Assembly: GCA_031370005.1 (NCBI GenBank)
Contig: JANMPT010000065.1
Location: 1-27,408 of the forward strand
Source: Bdellovibrionales bacterium
GTDB taxonomy: Bacteria; Bdellovibrionota; Bdellovibrionia; Bdellovibrionales; Bdellovibrionaceae
Direction: 5' to 3'
DNA length: 27,408 nt
Shown here piece by piece: positions 15,653 to 24,901 of this stretch (within the stretch, counting starts at the first letter, position 1; the number at the start of each line of letters is the position of its first letter). Both the position numbers and the translations under genes were made by a program. Below the pieces are notes generated by a model that saw nothing but the letters and a program-made list of their open reading frames with translations, did not search any database and had not been told where the DNA came from.

Positions 15653-16969
15653 ATGGGCTATTTTCAAAAACTTCTTCGAACCTTAAGCAGCTATTTACCA
15701 AAAGCAATCAGATTTAGGATGCTGCGGCGGCTTATCTCAGTTGATTACGATTTGCCAGAAGAACTTAGCTTCCGCCTGGCAACTACGCAGGAAGACCTAG
15801 AGGCCGCATATGCTATTTTGCACGACAGCTACGTCGGGATGAATTACATGCAGCCTGATCCAAGTGGCCTGAGGGTCACGAAGTACTTCGCCTTACCCAC
15901 GACCTCTACTTTGATTGCCTGTTTAGGATCAAAAGTGATTGGAACCATGTCTATTGTCAGATCAAGCCCCCTTGGGCTACCGATGGATCATGCCATGGAT
16001 TCTGTAGTGAATCAGGCTGTAGATCAAAGATATTTAGACGTACTAGATATCAATCAACTTTTGGGATTTACGACGGTTCAAACTTTTAACTTAAATCATC
16101 TGCGAGAACAGGGCCTAAGAATCGCTGAGGTTTCGTCTTTGGCTATTGCGCCTGAGTATCGCTTGAGCCGAGGTCAGGTTTTTCTTCCGTTATGCAAATT
16201 TTTTTATGATTACGCCCGATTTTACATGAGCTTGGATGCTGTCGTCATAGCGGTGAATCCATCTTGGGCAGATTTTTACGAAGGGCTCTTGATGTTTGAA
16301 TTACTCAAAGCGCCCGTAATTAAAAACTATGGCTTTGCTAATGGAGCCCCCGCTGTGGGCATGATTCTTCATTTAGGCAAATCAGAGACTGATTTTGAAA
16401 AATGTTATTCGCATTTATCTAAAAAAAATAATCTTTTTAATTTTTTTGTTAAGTCAAAAGCTCGCCAATCGCATTTCCCATCTCGTGAATATGAAAAATC
16501 ACTTGATCCGGTGATGACGCCCGCCATGCTTGATTATTTTTTCCGTCAACGAAGTCCGATATTTGCCGAGCTCAGCGATTTTGAAATACGGCACTTAACA
16601 GCAGCCTATCCCCACCCACAATACCAGTTTGTACTTCCGAAATTTAAAATAGATGGCCAAAATTCAATATCACGCGAAGCCAGATTCGTGGTTAATATAC
16701 ATGCAAAGACAGTAGATGAATCACCAAAATCAATTTTTATTATTGAGGTTTCACATGAAGGACTTCGACTGAAAGGTAAGTTCGTAGAAAATCAGACTTT
16801 TTATCTTCAAGTACTGCTTGGGCCCGAGAACATCTCACGACTTGTCTTGCGTATTATTTGGCAGGATCAAGTAGCTCCCTTTGCTGGTGCTGTGATTTTA
16901 CAATCGGACCCTTCTTGGGATCAGTATCTTTTATATTTGAGTAAGGACCTTCTAAAGGTGAGCGCATAA
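15653..16969 (+). CDS. FeeM-like N-acyl amino acid synthase (GNAT fold) with a degenerate C-terminal PilZ-like domain
   Basis: FRLATTQEDLEAAYAILHDSY, GTMSIVRSSPLGLPMD, IAEVSSLAI, VIAVNP...FY, NGAPAV; C-terminal SREARF...EVSHEG. Start ATG 15653 with AGGAG RBS. Confidence 0.72.
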   Translation: MGYFQKLLRTLSSYLPKAIRFRMLRRLISVDYDLPEELSFRLATTQEDLEAAYAILHDSYVGMNYMQPDPSGLRVTKYFALPTTSTLIACLGSKVIGTMSIVRSSPLGLPMDHAMDSVVNQAVDQRYLDVLDINQLLGFTTVQTFNLNHLREQGLRIAEVSSLAIAPEYRLSRGQVFLPLCKFFYDYARFYMSLDAVVIAVNPSWADFYEGLLMFELLKAPVIKNYGFANGAPAVGMILHLGKSETDFEKCYSHLSKKNNLFNFFVKSKARQSHFPSREYEKSLDPVMTPAMLDYFFRQRSPIFAELSDFEIRHLTAAYPHPQYQFVLPKFKIDGQNSISREARFVVNIHAKTVDESPKSIFIIEVSHEGLRLKGKFVENQTFYLQVLLGPENISRLVLRIIWQDQVAPFAGAVILQSDPSWDQYLLYLSKDLLKVSA

Positions 16970-16982
16970 TAAGGCGGTGGCT

Positions 16983-18290
16983 TTACGTTTCTTGACCAAC
17001 GTCCAAATAAACGGATTTGGTATTATCATTATATCCAAAATACTCTGCATATCGCCCCCAGGAGATCAGGACATCAGCAATTTTATCTGGGTTTTCATTT
17101 GGAAGCCATTCGCTGATTTTTTCTTTCAACTCAGATATGGGGATACGCACGTTTTCATTTTCTCGTAACAAGTCACTGGTTTTTTTCACAATCAGCAGTT
17201 CTCCGAAGTTTTCGTGCAGCATCTTCTTTCGCTCATTGACGTCGGCTTTGGCAAAACTCTGACCAAGCTTGGTCAAAATAACTTGCTGCTTAGGGGTTTC
17301 CACGAGATTTAACAACTCAGCAGCTTTTACAAGGTACAAAGTGTGACCAAAGTCTTTGCGAATTTCTGATGAGAGCGCAAAAACATCGACTCCGCCGCCT
17401 TCGTCATCAATGGCTTCGATAATTCCTACGACGTCAATCAAATGCACATCTGGCAATGTTTCCGCCAAGGCCTGGCGCACACGACGCTCTCCTAAGTTTG
17501 CAAGTATCGGCATTGTATCCGGAATGTACGCTTCGGTGATGAGTCCGTGAATTTTAGAAACTAAATCAGTAAAAGGTGCTGTCTCTGGAATCCGCGGATA
17601 TGGCAAACGATTCTCAAATTCTGCACGGATACGCCCAGGATTAGAGCCCATTACTAATATTCGATCGGACATGATCACAGCTTCTTGTATGTTATGGGTC
17701 ACGACAACCATTGAATGCGTCTTGGTTTTTTTACTTAAAAATATATTCATAATCTCATCTCGAAGAGTGTCTGCAGTCAAAACATCCAGGGCACTGAAGG
17801 GCTCATCCAAAAAAAGTACTGGGCGCTCCATGGCCAACGCTCTGGCGACACCAACCCGTTGCTTCATGCCCCCAGAGAGCTCACGTGGATAAGCCTCTTC
17901 GAATCCCTCAAGGCCAACCATATCAATGGAAGCCTTGACACGAAATTTTAAAGTGTCTGAATCCAAATGTAATGGCAACAGGGAGATCTCGATATTGCGC
18001 TTGATAGTCTCCCAGGGAAATAACGCAAAGGACTGAAAAACCATGGACACATCAGAGTTGATCCCATCCAACGTCTCGCCTCGTGTGAGGACCTGCCCCT
18101 CGCTAGCGTCTTGCAAGCCACACATAATGCGCAGGCAGGTGGACTTGCCCGAGCCAGAAGGCCCAAGTAAGGCCAAAGTTTCACCCTCTCTGAGCTCGAT
18201 ATTGATTTGATCAAGAACCTTGAGCTCCTTTCCTGACTCAAGAACAAAAGTTTTTGAGACCTCTCTAAGTTCGAGAATATTTTTTTTCAT
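16983..18290 (-). CDS. NitT/TauT-family ABC transporter ATP-binding protein with a C-terminal AAA-associated domain
   Basis: GPSGSGKST, LSGGMKQRV, FLDEPFSALD, VTHNI; long C-terminal extension ending WGRYAEYFGY. Confidence 0.93.
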   Translation of the reverse strand: MKKNILELREVSKTFVLESGKELKVLDQINIELREGETLALLGPSGSGKSTCLRIMCGLQDASEGQVLTRGETLDGINSDVSMVFQSFALFPWETIKRNIEISLLPLHLDSDTLKFRVKASIDMVGLEGFEEAYPRELSGGMKQRVGVARALAMERPVLFLDEPFSALDVLTADTLRDEIMNIFLSKKTKTHSMVVVTHNIQEAVIMSDRILVMGSNPGRIRAEFENRLPYPRIPETAPFTDLVSKIHGLITEAYIPDTMPILANLGERRVRQALAETLPDVHLIDVVGIIEAIDDEGGGVDVFALSSEIRKDFGHTLYLVKAAELLNLVETPKQQVILTKLGQSFAKADVNERKKMLHENFGELLIVKKTSDLLRENENVRIPISELKEKISEWLPNENPDKIADVLISWGRYAEYFGYNDNTKSVYLDVGQET

Positions 18291-18302
18291 AACTTTTTAT
18301 CC

Positions 18303-20030
18303 TCACAAGTCCATGCGGTAGCGCACTTGAGACAAGTTGTATATTTTAGACCAAAACGTGCGATTTAAAATCACCACAAAAATCACCAGCACAGTCAGAC
18401 AGGCTGCAAGCTTTGGAAAGTTCGCCTGCTCCGCCGCTTCACTGATGAGGGCTCCCAAGCCATGAGCCTTTAATGTCTGTCCCTTGTATGCAACCAGTTC
18501 AGAGACAATGCTGGCATTCCAAGCGCCCCCGGCTGCAGTCACCCAACCTGTCACCAAAGAAGGCAGTACACTTGGTAAAAATAAATATCGCCACTGCTGC
18601 CACTTGCTAGAACCCATAAGCTGCATGGATAGGCGCAATTCATTCGGAATTCGAAGGGCTCCGGCCAAAACATTAAATAGAATATACCACTGAACTCCCA
18701 ACAACATTAGGAGCATAGAGCTAAATTCAAAATTAATTTTCAAAAATATGAAAACGGCAATTGCCAAGGGGTAGAGCATTGGTGCAGGAAAAGAGGCCAT
18801 GAGTTGCACGAGGGGCTGCGCCACTTGCAGTCTCTGAGGAGACTGAGCGATCCAAATTGCTACCGGCGTCGCCCATAGCGTCCCCAAAATCACAGCTATT
18901 ATTACTCTCAGAAAAGTAAAGCCGGTATCTCGAAATATTTCAAACCACTCCACCAAATGAAGAGTCGCAAGAACTTCAAAAAGCCGCAGACTCATGTAGC
19001 AAGCGCCCACAAGTACTAGGGCATAAAGTGCAAATATAAAATACTTAGCAAAAGGACGCATCCATCCCCAGATCTCTTTTCTGCTTTTTTCTTTGGGACT
19101 TTCTTCCATTGACCTAGGCTCAATGGTGGCCTTTTTATGGTAACGATAATATAAGAAGCGCACTATTTTTAAGACAAAGGACTCTTTAATCAATAACTGC
19201 ATTAAGGGCTGTTCCACTTTATGATTTTGCGTGTCTTCAAGTCGAAAGCTGTGGGCCCACCCGAGCGCTGGACGCCATAAAATCAGATCATAAAAAATAA
19301 TGATAAAAGTCATGGAAAGTATTCCAGCAATAATGGCCTTGGTCTCCCCGGCTTCCATGGCAACGGCCATATAAGCCCCAAGCCCCGGTAAGCGATAGGT
19401 TTGATTTCCTAAAGTGAACGCCTCGCACACAGTCAAAAAAAACCAACCACCCGCCATGGACATAACACTATTCCAAGTCAAATTCATCGCTGAAAAAGGC
19501 AGCTCAAGAACCCTCAGGCGTTGACGTGCCGAGAGTTTCATCATCGCTGCGGACTCTTTCAGATCCGTTGGCACGGACTTCAGGGAAGAGTAAAAAGCAA
19601 ATGTCATGTTCCATACTTGTCCTGTAAAAATCATAAAAATCGAAGCAAGCTCGATGCCCACATTCGTCTTAGGAAAAAGTGCCACCAGCGCCAGGACCAC
19701 CCCAGGCAAAAAACCTAGAACTGGAATGCTTTGCATAACATCTAAAAGTGGTAAAATGATCTTCTCAGCTTTGGCAGACTTCGCCGCCCAATAGCCCACT
19801 GTCAGAGTAAATACTAAGGAGAACAGAAATGCGATCAGCCCGCGCAAAGCAGAAAAAGCTGTGTAAAGTGGCAGTTCACTAAGTGAAGTGCTGATTTCAT
19901 AAGAGGGATTAAAGCTAGCTTCCCACTGTTTGCCAAATATAGTTAGTGAAAAAATAAAGGCGGCCACAAGAACAAGTGCGATGCTGTTGGCCAGTAAAGA
20001 GGAAGGTTTCGTAAATGGAACATATCGCAT
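18303..20030 (-). CDS. NitT/TauT-family ABC transporter permease with two fused permease domains
   Basis: 575 aa, about 12 TMs; LDVMQSIPVLGFLP, MSMAGGWFFL, VTGWVTAAGGAWNASIVSE; two EAA-like loops. Confidence 0.92.
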   Translation of the reverse strand: MRYVPFTKPSSLLANSIALVLVAAFIFSLTIFGKQWEASFNPSYEISTSLSELPLYTAFSALRGLIAFLFSLVFTLTVGYWAAKSAKAEKIILPLLDVMQSIPVLGFLPGVVLALVALFPKTNVGIELASIFMIFTGQVWNMTFAFYSSLKSVPTDLKESAAMMKLSARQRLRVLELPFSAMNLTWNSVMSMAGGWFFLTVCEAFTLGNQTYRLPGLGAYMAVAMEAGETKAIIAGILSMTFIIIFYDLILWRPALGWAHSFRLEDTQNHKVEQPLMQLLIKESFVLKIVRFLYYRYHKKATIEPRSMEESPKEKSRKEIWGWMRPFAKYFIFALYALVLVGACYMSLRLFEVLATLHLVEWFEIFRDTGFTFLRVIIAVILGTLWATPVAIWIAQSPQRLQVAQPLVQLMASFPAPMLYPLAIAVFIFLKINFEFSSMLLMLLGVQWYILFNVLAGALRIPNELRLSMQLMGSSKWQQWRYLFLPSVLPSLVTGWVTAAGGAWNASIVSELVAYKGQTLKAHGLGALISEAAEQANFPKLAACLTVLVIFVVILNRTFWSKIYNLSQVRYRMDL

Positions 20031-20132
20031 GACACCACCATGACAATAAACGGTTATTGAGGCAAGATGTTCACCTCATTTCTATACCGATTCCACAGTA
20101 TTTATTTGATGATTTCCTAAAACACTGATTAA

Positions 20133-20849
20133 ATGCCCCACATCATGGCAAAAATTCTCTGCGTTGAGGATAGTACAGAGTTCTATATATACCTGACATC
20201 GGTCCTGAGAGATCATACTCTGGTGCAAGCTGAGTCACTCAACGACGCCTTTAAACTTTTACAAAATGGACGAGAGAGCTTTGATATGGTTCTCTTGGAT
20301 ATTTCACTTCCGGATGGCAATGGCATGAAGGCCTTGCCAGGATTAAAAGAAACCTTTGCCTCAAAAGTAGTACCAATTATTATTTTGAGTTCTGATAATG
20401 ACGTAATTAGCAAAGTTGCGGCCTTTGGCATTGGTGCTGACGATTATATCTCTAAACCATTTGACGCAAATGAGTTTCGCGCCCGAATCGATGCTCGTCT
20501 TCGCGTAGCACACAGACTGCAAGACAATCTTAGTCAAATTAAAATTGGGGATCTCTCTATTGATTCCAACAACATGTCAGTGGAAATTCAAAATCCGCAA
20601 GTGGGTCGAGAGCATATTCAACTAACTCCCTATGAATTTAAGATTTTAAAAATCGTTTCCTCTCGTCCAGGACAAGTGTTCAGCCGTGATCAACTTTTGG
20701 ATCAGGTTTGGGGACTTGGCAAACATATAACTCAAAGGACCGTCGACGCCCACGTTAGCCATTTAAGAAAAAAAATTGCCAAAAGCTCTGTGAGCATTGA
20801 AACCGTACTCAGTCTTGGCTACAAAGCGAAAGTTAAAGGTACTTCTTAA
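20133..20849 (+). CDS. OmpR/PhoB-family response regulator
   Basis: REC domain (ILCVED, LLDISLPDGNG, ADDYISKPF) plus winged helix (LTPYEFKIL, RTVDAHVSHLRKKI). The start may be ATG 20145. Confidence 0.95.
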   Translation: MPHIMAKILCVEDSTEFYIYLTSVLRDHTLVQAESLNDAFKLLQNGRESFDMVLLDISLPDGNGMKALPGLKETFASKVVPIIILSSDNDVISKVAAFGIGADDYISKPFDANEFRARIDARLRVAHRLQDNLSQIKIGDLSIDSNNMSVEIQNPQVGREHIQLTPYEFKILKIVSSRPGQVFSRDQLLDQVWGLGKHITQRTVDAHVSHLRKKIAKSSVSIETVLSLGYKAKVKGTS

Positions 20850-21261
20850 GCTGTGGAAAACTTGTCGCAATTTTATCTGAAAGATCCTTGCCCTCTTTTA
20901 AAAATAACTTAAGATCTTCTAGATGTGTACTGACGTCGGGCAGGGCTTTGACATCAGAATTAAGTCTCCGCGATTTTGCACCGAAATCTTTAAACCCGAT
21001 AAGTTCCGCTGACCCAGTGAGTTTATGGCAAGCCTGCCAAATGGGATCGCAGTTTTCTTGCTCAATACCTTCTTGAATGGACCTAAGTCCCTCTTTAATT
21101 CCAACCTCAAATCGAGCAAGAATTCTAAGCACCACAAGGGTTCCCGTGTCTTCTATAAGCTGATCAAAGGCATTTTTATCAAACCCATGAAGACCTTTTA
21201 AGGCTTCGGCTACCTGCATTAAATCTTTTTCAACTTCATCCACATGTCGTCCCTTAGGCAT
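20833..21261 (-). CDS. Stand-alone Hpt (histidine phosphotransfer) protein
   Basis: ACHKLTGSAELIG matches H-x-L-K-G-S-x-x-x-x-G; predicted all-helical. Confidence 0.88.
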   Translation of the reverse strand: MPKGRHVDEVEKDLMQVAEALKGLHGFDKNAFDQLIEDTGTLVVLRILARFEVGIKEGLRSIQEGIEQENCDPIWQACHKLTGSAELIGFKDFGAKSRRLNSDVKALPDVSTHLEDLKLFLKEGKDLSDKIATSFPQLKKYL

Positions 21262-21322
21262 AAAACGATGATTAGTCTGTATTTAAACATTAACATCCCG
21301 CTACAAGGTTCAGATTAAATTG

Positions 21323-21342
21323 ATTTGAAGAAATCTTCAAAT
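21323..21342. promoter_or_regulatory. Perfect 9-bp inverted repeat between the divergent Hpt and kinase genes
   Basis: ATTTGAAGA-AA-TCTTCAAAT. Confidence 0.5.
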
Positions 21343-21383
21343 GTAATTAACCTCAGCTCAAAATGTACAACCAACAATGACAC

Positions 21384-23921
21384 ATGTATTTAACCAATAT
21401 GACATTTAAAAAGTTGCAAAAAACAATACAAGCAAGCCTGTCAAAACTTCGTAAAATCGTCTTATGGATTCCCGTTCTCACATTTATAGCGGGATTAAGT
21501 ATTTCTTACTCAATTTATAATAACTTGAACGAACGGGAGCAGGGGCTCCTCCGGGCTGATTCCGTTCAAAGATACAAAGAAATGATAAATCAGCTCGATC
21601 TCATATTTTCAAATAGTATTTTGCGCATTCAATCTTATGAGGACTATTTGGGTTCCAAACCGTCAACCTATAAAGAAAACATACCTCTTGTTACCCACTC
21701 CCTGGCCCATACGATATTTCAACGCTTTTCTGTTTTTCACAATTCACAGCTCAAGGATAAAGATACTGGCCTTCCAATAATGAAGCTCATTCTTCGTGTG
21801 AATGCAAAAAATTCCACACTTGCTCCTGCGACTAAAAAAATGTCTCAATCTAAAACTGTCCTTCAAGGCATTCAGAAAATGATTGATAGCAATAGCTATC
21901 AAATGTCCATTTTTAACAGCCACTTAGATACACCGCTTGTTTCATTTGTTTCCCGATTAAAAACAAATAGGAATATTTTCTTTATATTTACAGCACCTTT
22001 GTTGGAAGTTTTTTCAAAAACGGACTTACGGCCTGGCGAGAGCCTTGATATCACGGATACCCAATCAGGTTTTTCATGGCGAGTGGAAACAGATGAACAT
22101 GATCAAAAAATTATTCAAGCTTATCCTAAAAAAAATAATCCAAAGAATGGTTTTCATCACTATCTATATATCGAGGGACTTCCACAATCAGGGATGAAAC
22201 TTAATTTTGCATTTAACTTTAAAGAACTGGAAAATCACCTGTCGCCAGCAGTCATCGCTGGGCTCATGAGCCTTCTAATTACTATTATTATTTCCTATCT
22301 GTTCTTTGTTTTAATTCGTCAGAACTCTTTAGTCACTCGACTTGTAATTGAAAAAACTCACGATCTCGAAAAAGCTCACCACGAGCTTCAAGAGGTTCTT
22401 CTCGGAAAATCACGATTTCTCGGAAATATCAGTCATGAAATTCGGACACCTTTGAACTTGATTCTAGGGATGATTGATCTTTGCGAAGAAGAAGACCGCG
22501 AAAAAAGAATCAATCCCTATTTGACCAGCATGAGAGCTTCGGGAAATCATTTATTATCCATGATCGAAGATCTTTTGGATCTCGCAAAGTCCGATAGTAA
22601 CGATCTACAAATCCATCCGAAAAAAATCAATCTTATTCAGTTTCTTGATGAAACATCTCGCATTGCTGGACAGGATTTTTTAAAAAAAGGAATTCGTTTT
22701 TATACTTTGTTTGCGGCGGACCTTCCTCTAAGCACGCAGTTTGATCCTAGTCGTTTACGACAGATACTTATGAACCTTTTAAGAAATGCCTGTAAGTATA
22801 CAAACAGTGGCCATGTAATTTTCCGTGTTTCCAATTTAGGACGCTTAGGTGAAAAAACAAAACTTCGGTTTGAGGTTGAGGATACGGGCGTCGGAATTCC
22901 TGAGGACAAACTTGGGAAAGTTTTTGATTCCTTTTTTCAAGTAGAAAATTCCTACGTTTTGGCCGAAGGTGGAGTTGGCTTGGGGCTAGCCATCGTAAAG
23001 GAACTCGTACGTAAATTAGGCGGAAGTCTTGATGTAAAATCTCAGCCTAAAAAAGGCTCCGTCTTTCAAGTGGACCTTGAGGTTGATAGCGTCGAACCTT
23101 TTTCTTGGCTTGAGATTTACAAAGCGCATGAAGAGATTAAAGTAGAACTTATCTTAGTTTCTACTGATCAAAGGTGGGTCGACTCAATCTCGATCCTTTG
23201 TAAGCACAAAGATATAAACATTAATCAGATTCTTCCCGAAAATGCTCTCGCTTACCTTACTGAAAACCCAGCCACAAGCTCGCAGTGGATTCTGATTGAT
23301 GCGGCCGCTCAGGGCATTTCAAGTGAACTTATTAAAACAGTTCCCTCTCTTGAAAAACTAGTGGTGGTTAGAAATAAAAAAAATATTTTGGCAACTGACA
23401 AGTATTTACAATTTCCAATTCTTGATAACTCTCCAGTTTCAGTAACAGATATTTTAAATCTTATTGGTTTTTCTTCCCGCGCAAAAAAAGTTACACAAAA
23501 AACCACACAAGTCGCGACCGATGCCGCAGTCGAAGCACTAACAAGCTCCTCGCTTTCACTTATTGTTGCTGATGACGATATTGGGAATAAGGAGCTTTAC
23601 ATGGCTTATTTTGAAAAAACAAAATGGCAAATTGGATTTGCGATGAATGGAAAAGAAGCCTGGGATCTTTATTTAGAGGCACCTTCGGATTTATTGGTAT
23701 TGGATTTAAGGATGCCCGTTATGGATGGATTTGAAGTTGTAGAAAAGGTCCGCAATCATGAAATACAAAACAAACTTCCCTCAAAACCAATTTTACTGGT
23801 CACTGCTGACGCTCTAGACACTACAGCTGAAAAAGCTTTGGGTTTGCCAAATGTTTCTTTTCTAACAAAGCCGATTAAAAAATCGGTCCTCTTTGAGTCA
23901 ATTCAACAAGCGTTAAAATAG
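21384..23921 (+). CDS. Hybrid sensor histidine kinase (2 TMs, periplasmic sensor, HisKA, HATPase, degenerate REC, REC)
   Basis: ISHEIRTPLN, QILMNLLRNACKYT, VEDTGVGIP, GGVGLGLAIV; C-terminal IVADDD...LVLDLRMPVMDG...LTKP. Confidence 0.95.
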   Translation: MYLTNMTFKKLQKTIQASLSKLRKIVLWIPVLTFIAGLSISYSIYNNLNEREQGLLRADSVQRYKEMINQLDLIFSNSILRIQSYEDYLGSKPSTYKENIPLVTHSLAHTIFQRFSVFHNSQLKDKDTGLPIMKLILRVNAKNSTLAPATKKMSQSKTVLQGIQKMIDSNSYQMSIFNSHLDTPLVSFVSRLKTNRNIFFIFTAPLLEVFSKTDLRPGESLDITDTQSGFSWRVETDEHDQKIIQAYPKKNNPKNGFHHYLYIEGLPQSGMKLNFAFNFKELENHLSPAVIAGLMSLLITIIISYLFFVLIRQNSLVTRLVIEKTHDLEKAHHELQEVLLGKSRFLGNISHEIRTPLNLILGMIDLCEEEDREKRINPYLTSMRASGNHLLSMIEDLLDLAKSDSNDLQIHPKKINLIQFLDETSRIAGQDFLKKGIRFYTLFAADLPLSTQFDPSRLRQILMNLLRNACKYTNSGHVIFRVSNLGRLGEKTKLRFEVEDTGVGIPEDKLGKVFDSFFQVENSYVLAEGGVGLGLAIVKELVRKLGGSLDVKSQPKKGSVFQVDLEVDSVEPFSWLEIYKAHEEIKVELILVSTDQRWVDSISILCKHKDININQILPENALAYLTENPATSSQWILIDAAAQGISSELIKTVPSLEKLVVVRNKKNILATDKYLQFPILDNSPVSVTDILNLIGFSSRAKKVTQKTTQVATDAAVEALTSSSLSLIVADDDIGNKELYMAYFEKTKWQIGFAMNGKEAWDLYLEAPSDLLVLDLRMPVMDGFEVVEKVRNHEIQNKLPSKPILLVTADALDTTAEKALGLPNVSFLTKPIKKSVLFESIQQALK

Positions 23922-23925
23922 TCTA

Positions 23926-24759
23926 TCAGTGGCACTCGACTTTTTTATACATCTCTTCCGGTGATGACGACTTTTCAGTCAGTCCCTCAAGATATGCATC
24001 ATTATATTTTGAAGTTCCCGGCGTCATAAGCTGTGGAACCTTATTCAATTTTTCGGGAAACTCCAAACGCGAAAAAATTGCCCGATAAATTCTTTTTTCG
24101 GCAACACACTTTGTGCCCATTCCGGCGGCTAGCCCTATCGAGGCAAGATTACTCGACCAAAAACAAATTTCTCGACCTTCTTTACTTTGATGGAATCCCG
24201 TGAAAATAACAGAATGCCCTCTTTCTTCATGACCGATTTTATCTGTCCAAAATATTTTCATAAAATCCCCAGGCAGGGCTTCGGAATTTTTCTCAAGTCT
24301 AAAGTTGCGACCCAACTTCAGTTCAGAAAAAAGACGGGCAGTCCCTGGACCATTTGAATTCCAACGCCCCCATATTCCGCTGCCATCAGGTTGCTCACTT
24401 GCCCCTTTTACCAATAATTCTTTTTGGGTCTCTGTGTTCAATGTCAATTGATGCGACTTCTGCAAAAGTGAAATCACCTTAAGAAACACAAGATAAGTTG
24501 CAGAGCTGCAAAAACTTGGCGTCGCCTTCTCAGGAGTCACTTCTAAAGATTCCCCATTAAAAGCGATTGCAGTTTTCAGACGATTAAGAGTCGGAGCCTT
24601 CGTATCGTAGCCTCCACCCGCCGGCATATCTTTGAGTGTATTCAAAATTAACTGATTATAGGGCGCTGATGAAGATGATGTGGCCCAAGCGCTTCCGCCA
24701 CCAAGGCCCATCACCAAAATAAAAAACAACTCAAATTTCCAAAAAAGACTGTAATTCAT
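23926..24759 (-). CDS. Secreted hypothetical protein, candidate NlpC/P60 (papain-like) Cys-His hydrolase
   Basis: Signal peptide ending SAWA; SFCSSATY (Cys), ALPGDF, GHSVIF (His), FWSSN. Start ATG 24759 or 24777. Confidence 0.65.
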   Translation of the reverse strand: MNYSLFWKFELFFILVMGLGGGSAWATSSSSAPYNQLILNTLKDMPAGGGYDTKAPTLNRLKTAIAFNGESLEVTPEKATPSFCSSATYLVFLKVISLLQKSHQLTLNTETQKELLVKGASEQPDGSGIWGRWNSNGPGTARLFSELKLGRNFRLEKNSEALPGDFMKIFWTDKIGHEERGHSVIFTGFHQSKEGREICFWSSNLASIGLAAGMGTKCVAEKRIYRAIFSRLEFPEKLNKVPQLMTPGTSKYNDAYLEGLTEKSSSPEEMYKKVECH

Positions 24760-24867
24760 TACTATAAATCGAAACATAGCTGGCTACTTGAATGCAATGT
24801 TTTTAACATGCGATATCAGCCAGACAATGGTCCAATGTTCGTTTCCTCCGCATTCGCTTTGAGCTGG

Positions 24868-24882
24868 TGTTCAAAATGAGAT
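24868..24882. promoter_or_regulatory. 15-bp palindromic motif copy upstream of the DUF502 gene
   Basis: TGTTCA-AAA-TGAGAT, just upstream of a TAGAAT -10-like hexamer (24888-24893). Confidence 0.4.
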
Positions 24883-24901
24883 TCAAATAGAATATTCCAA
24901 T

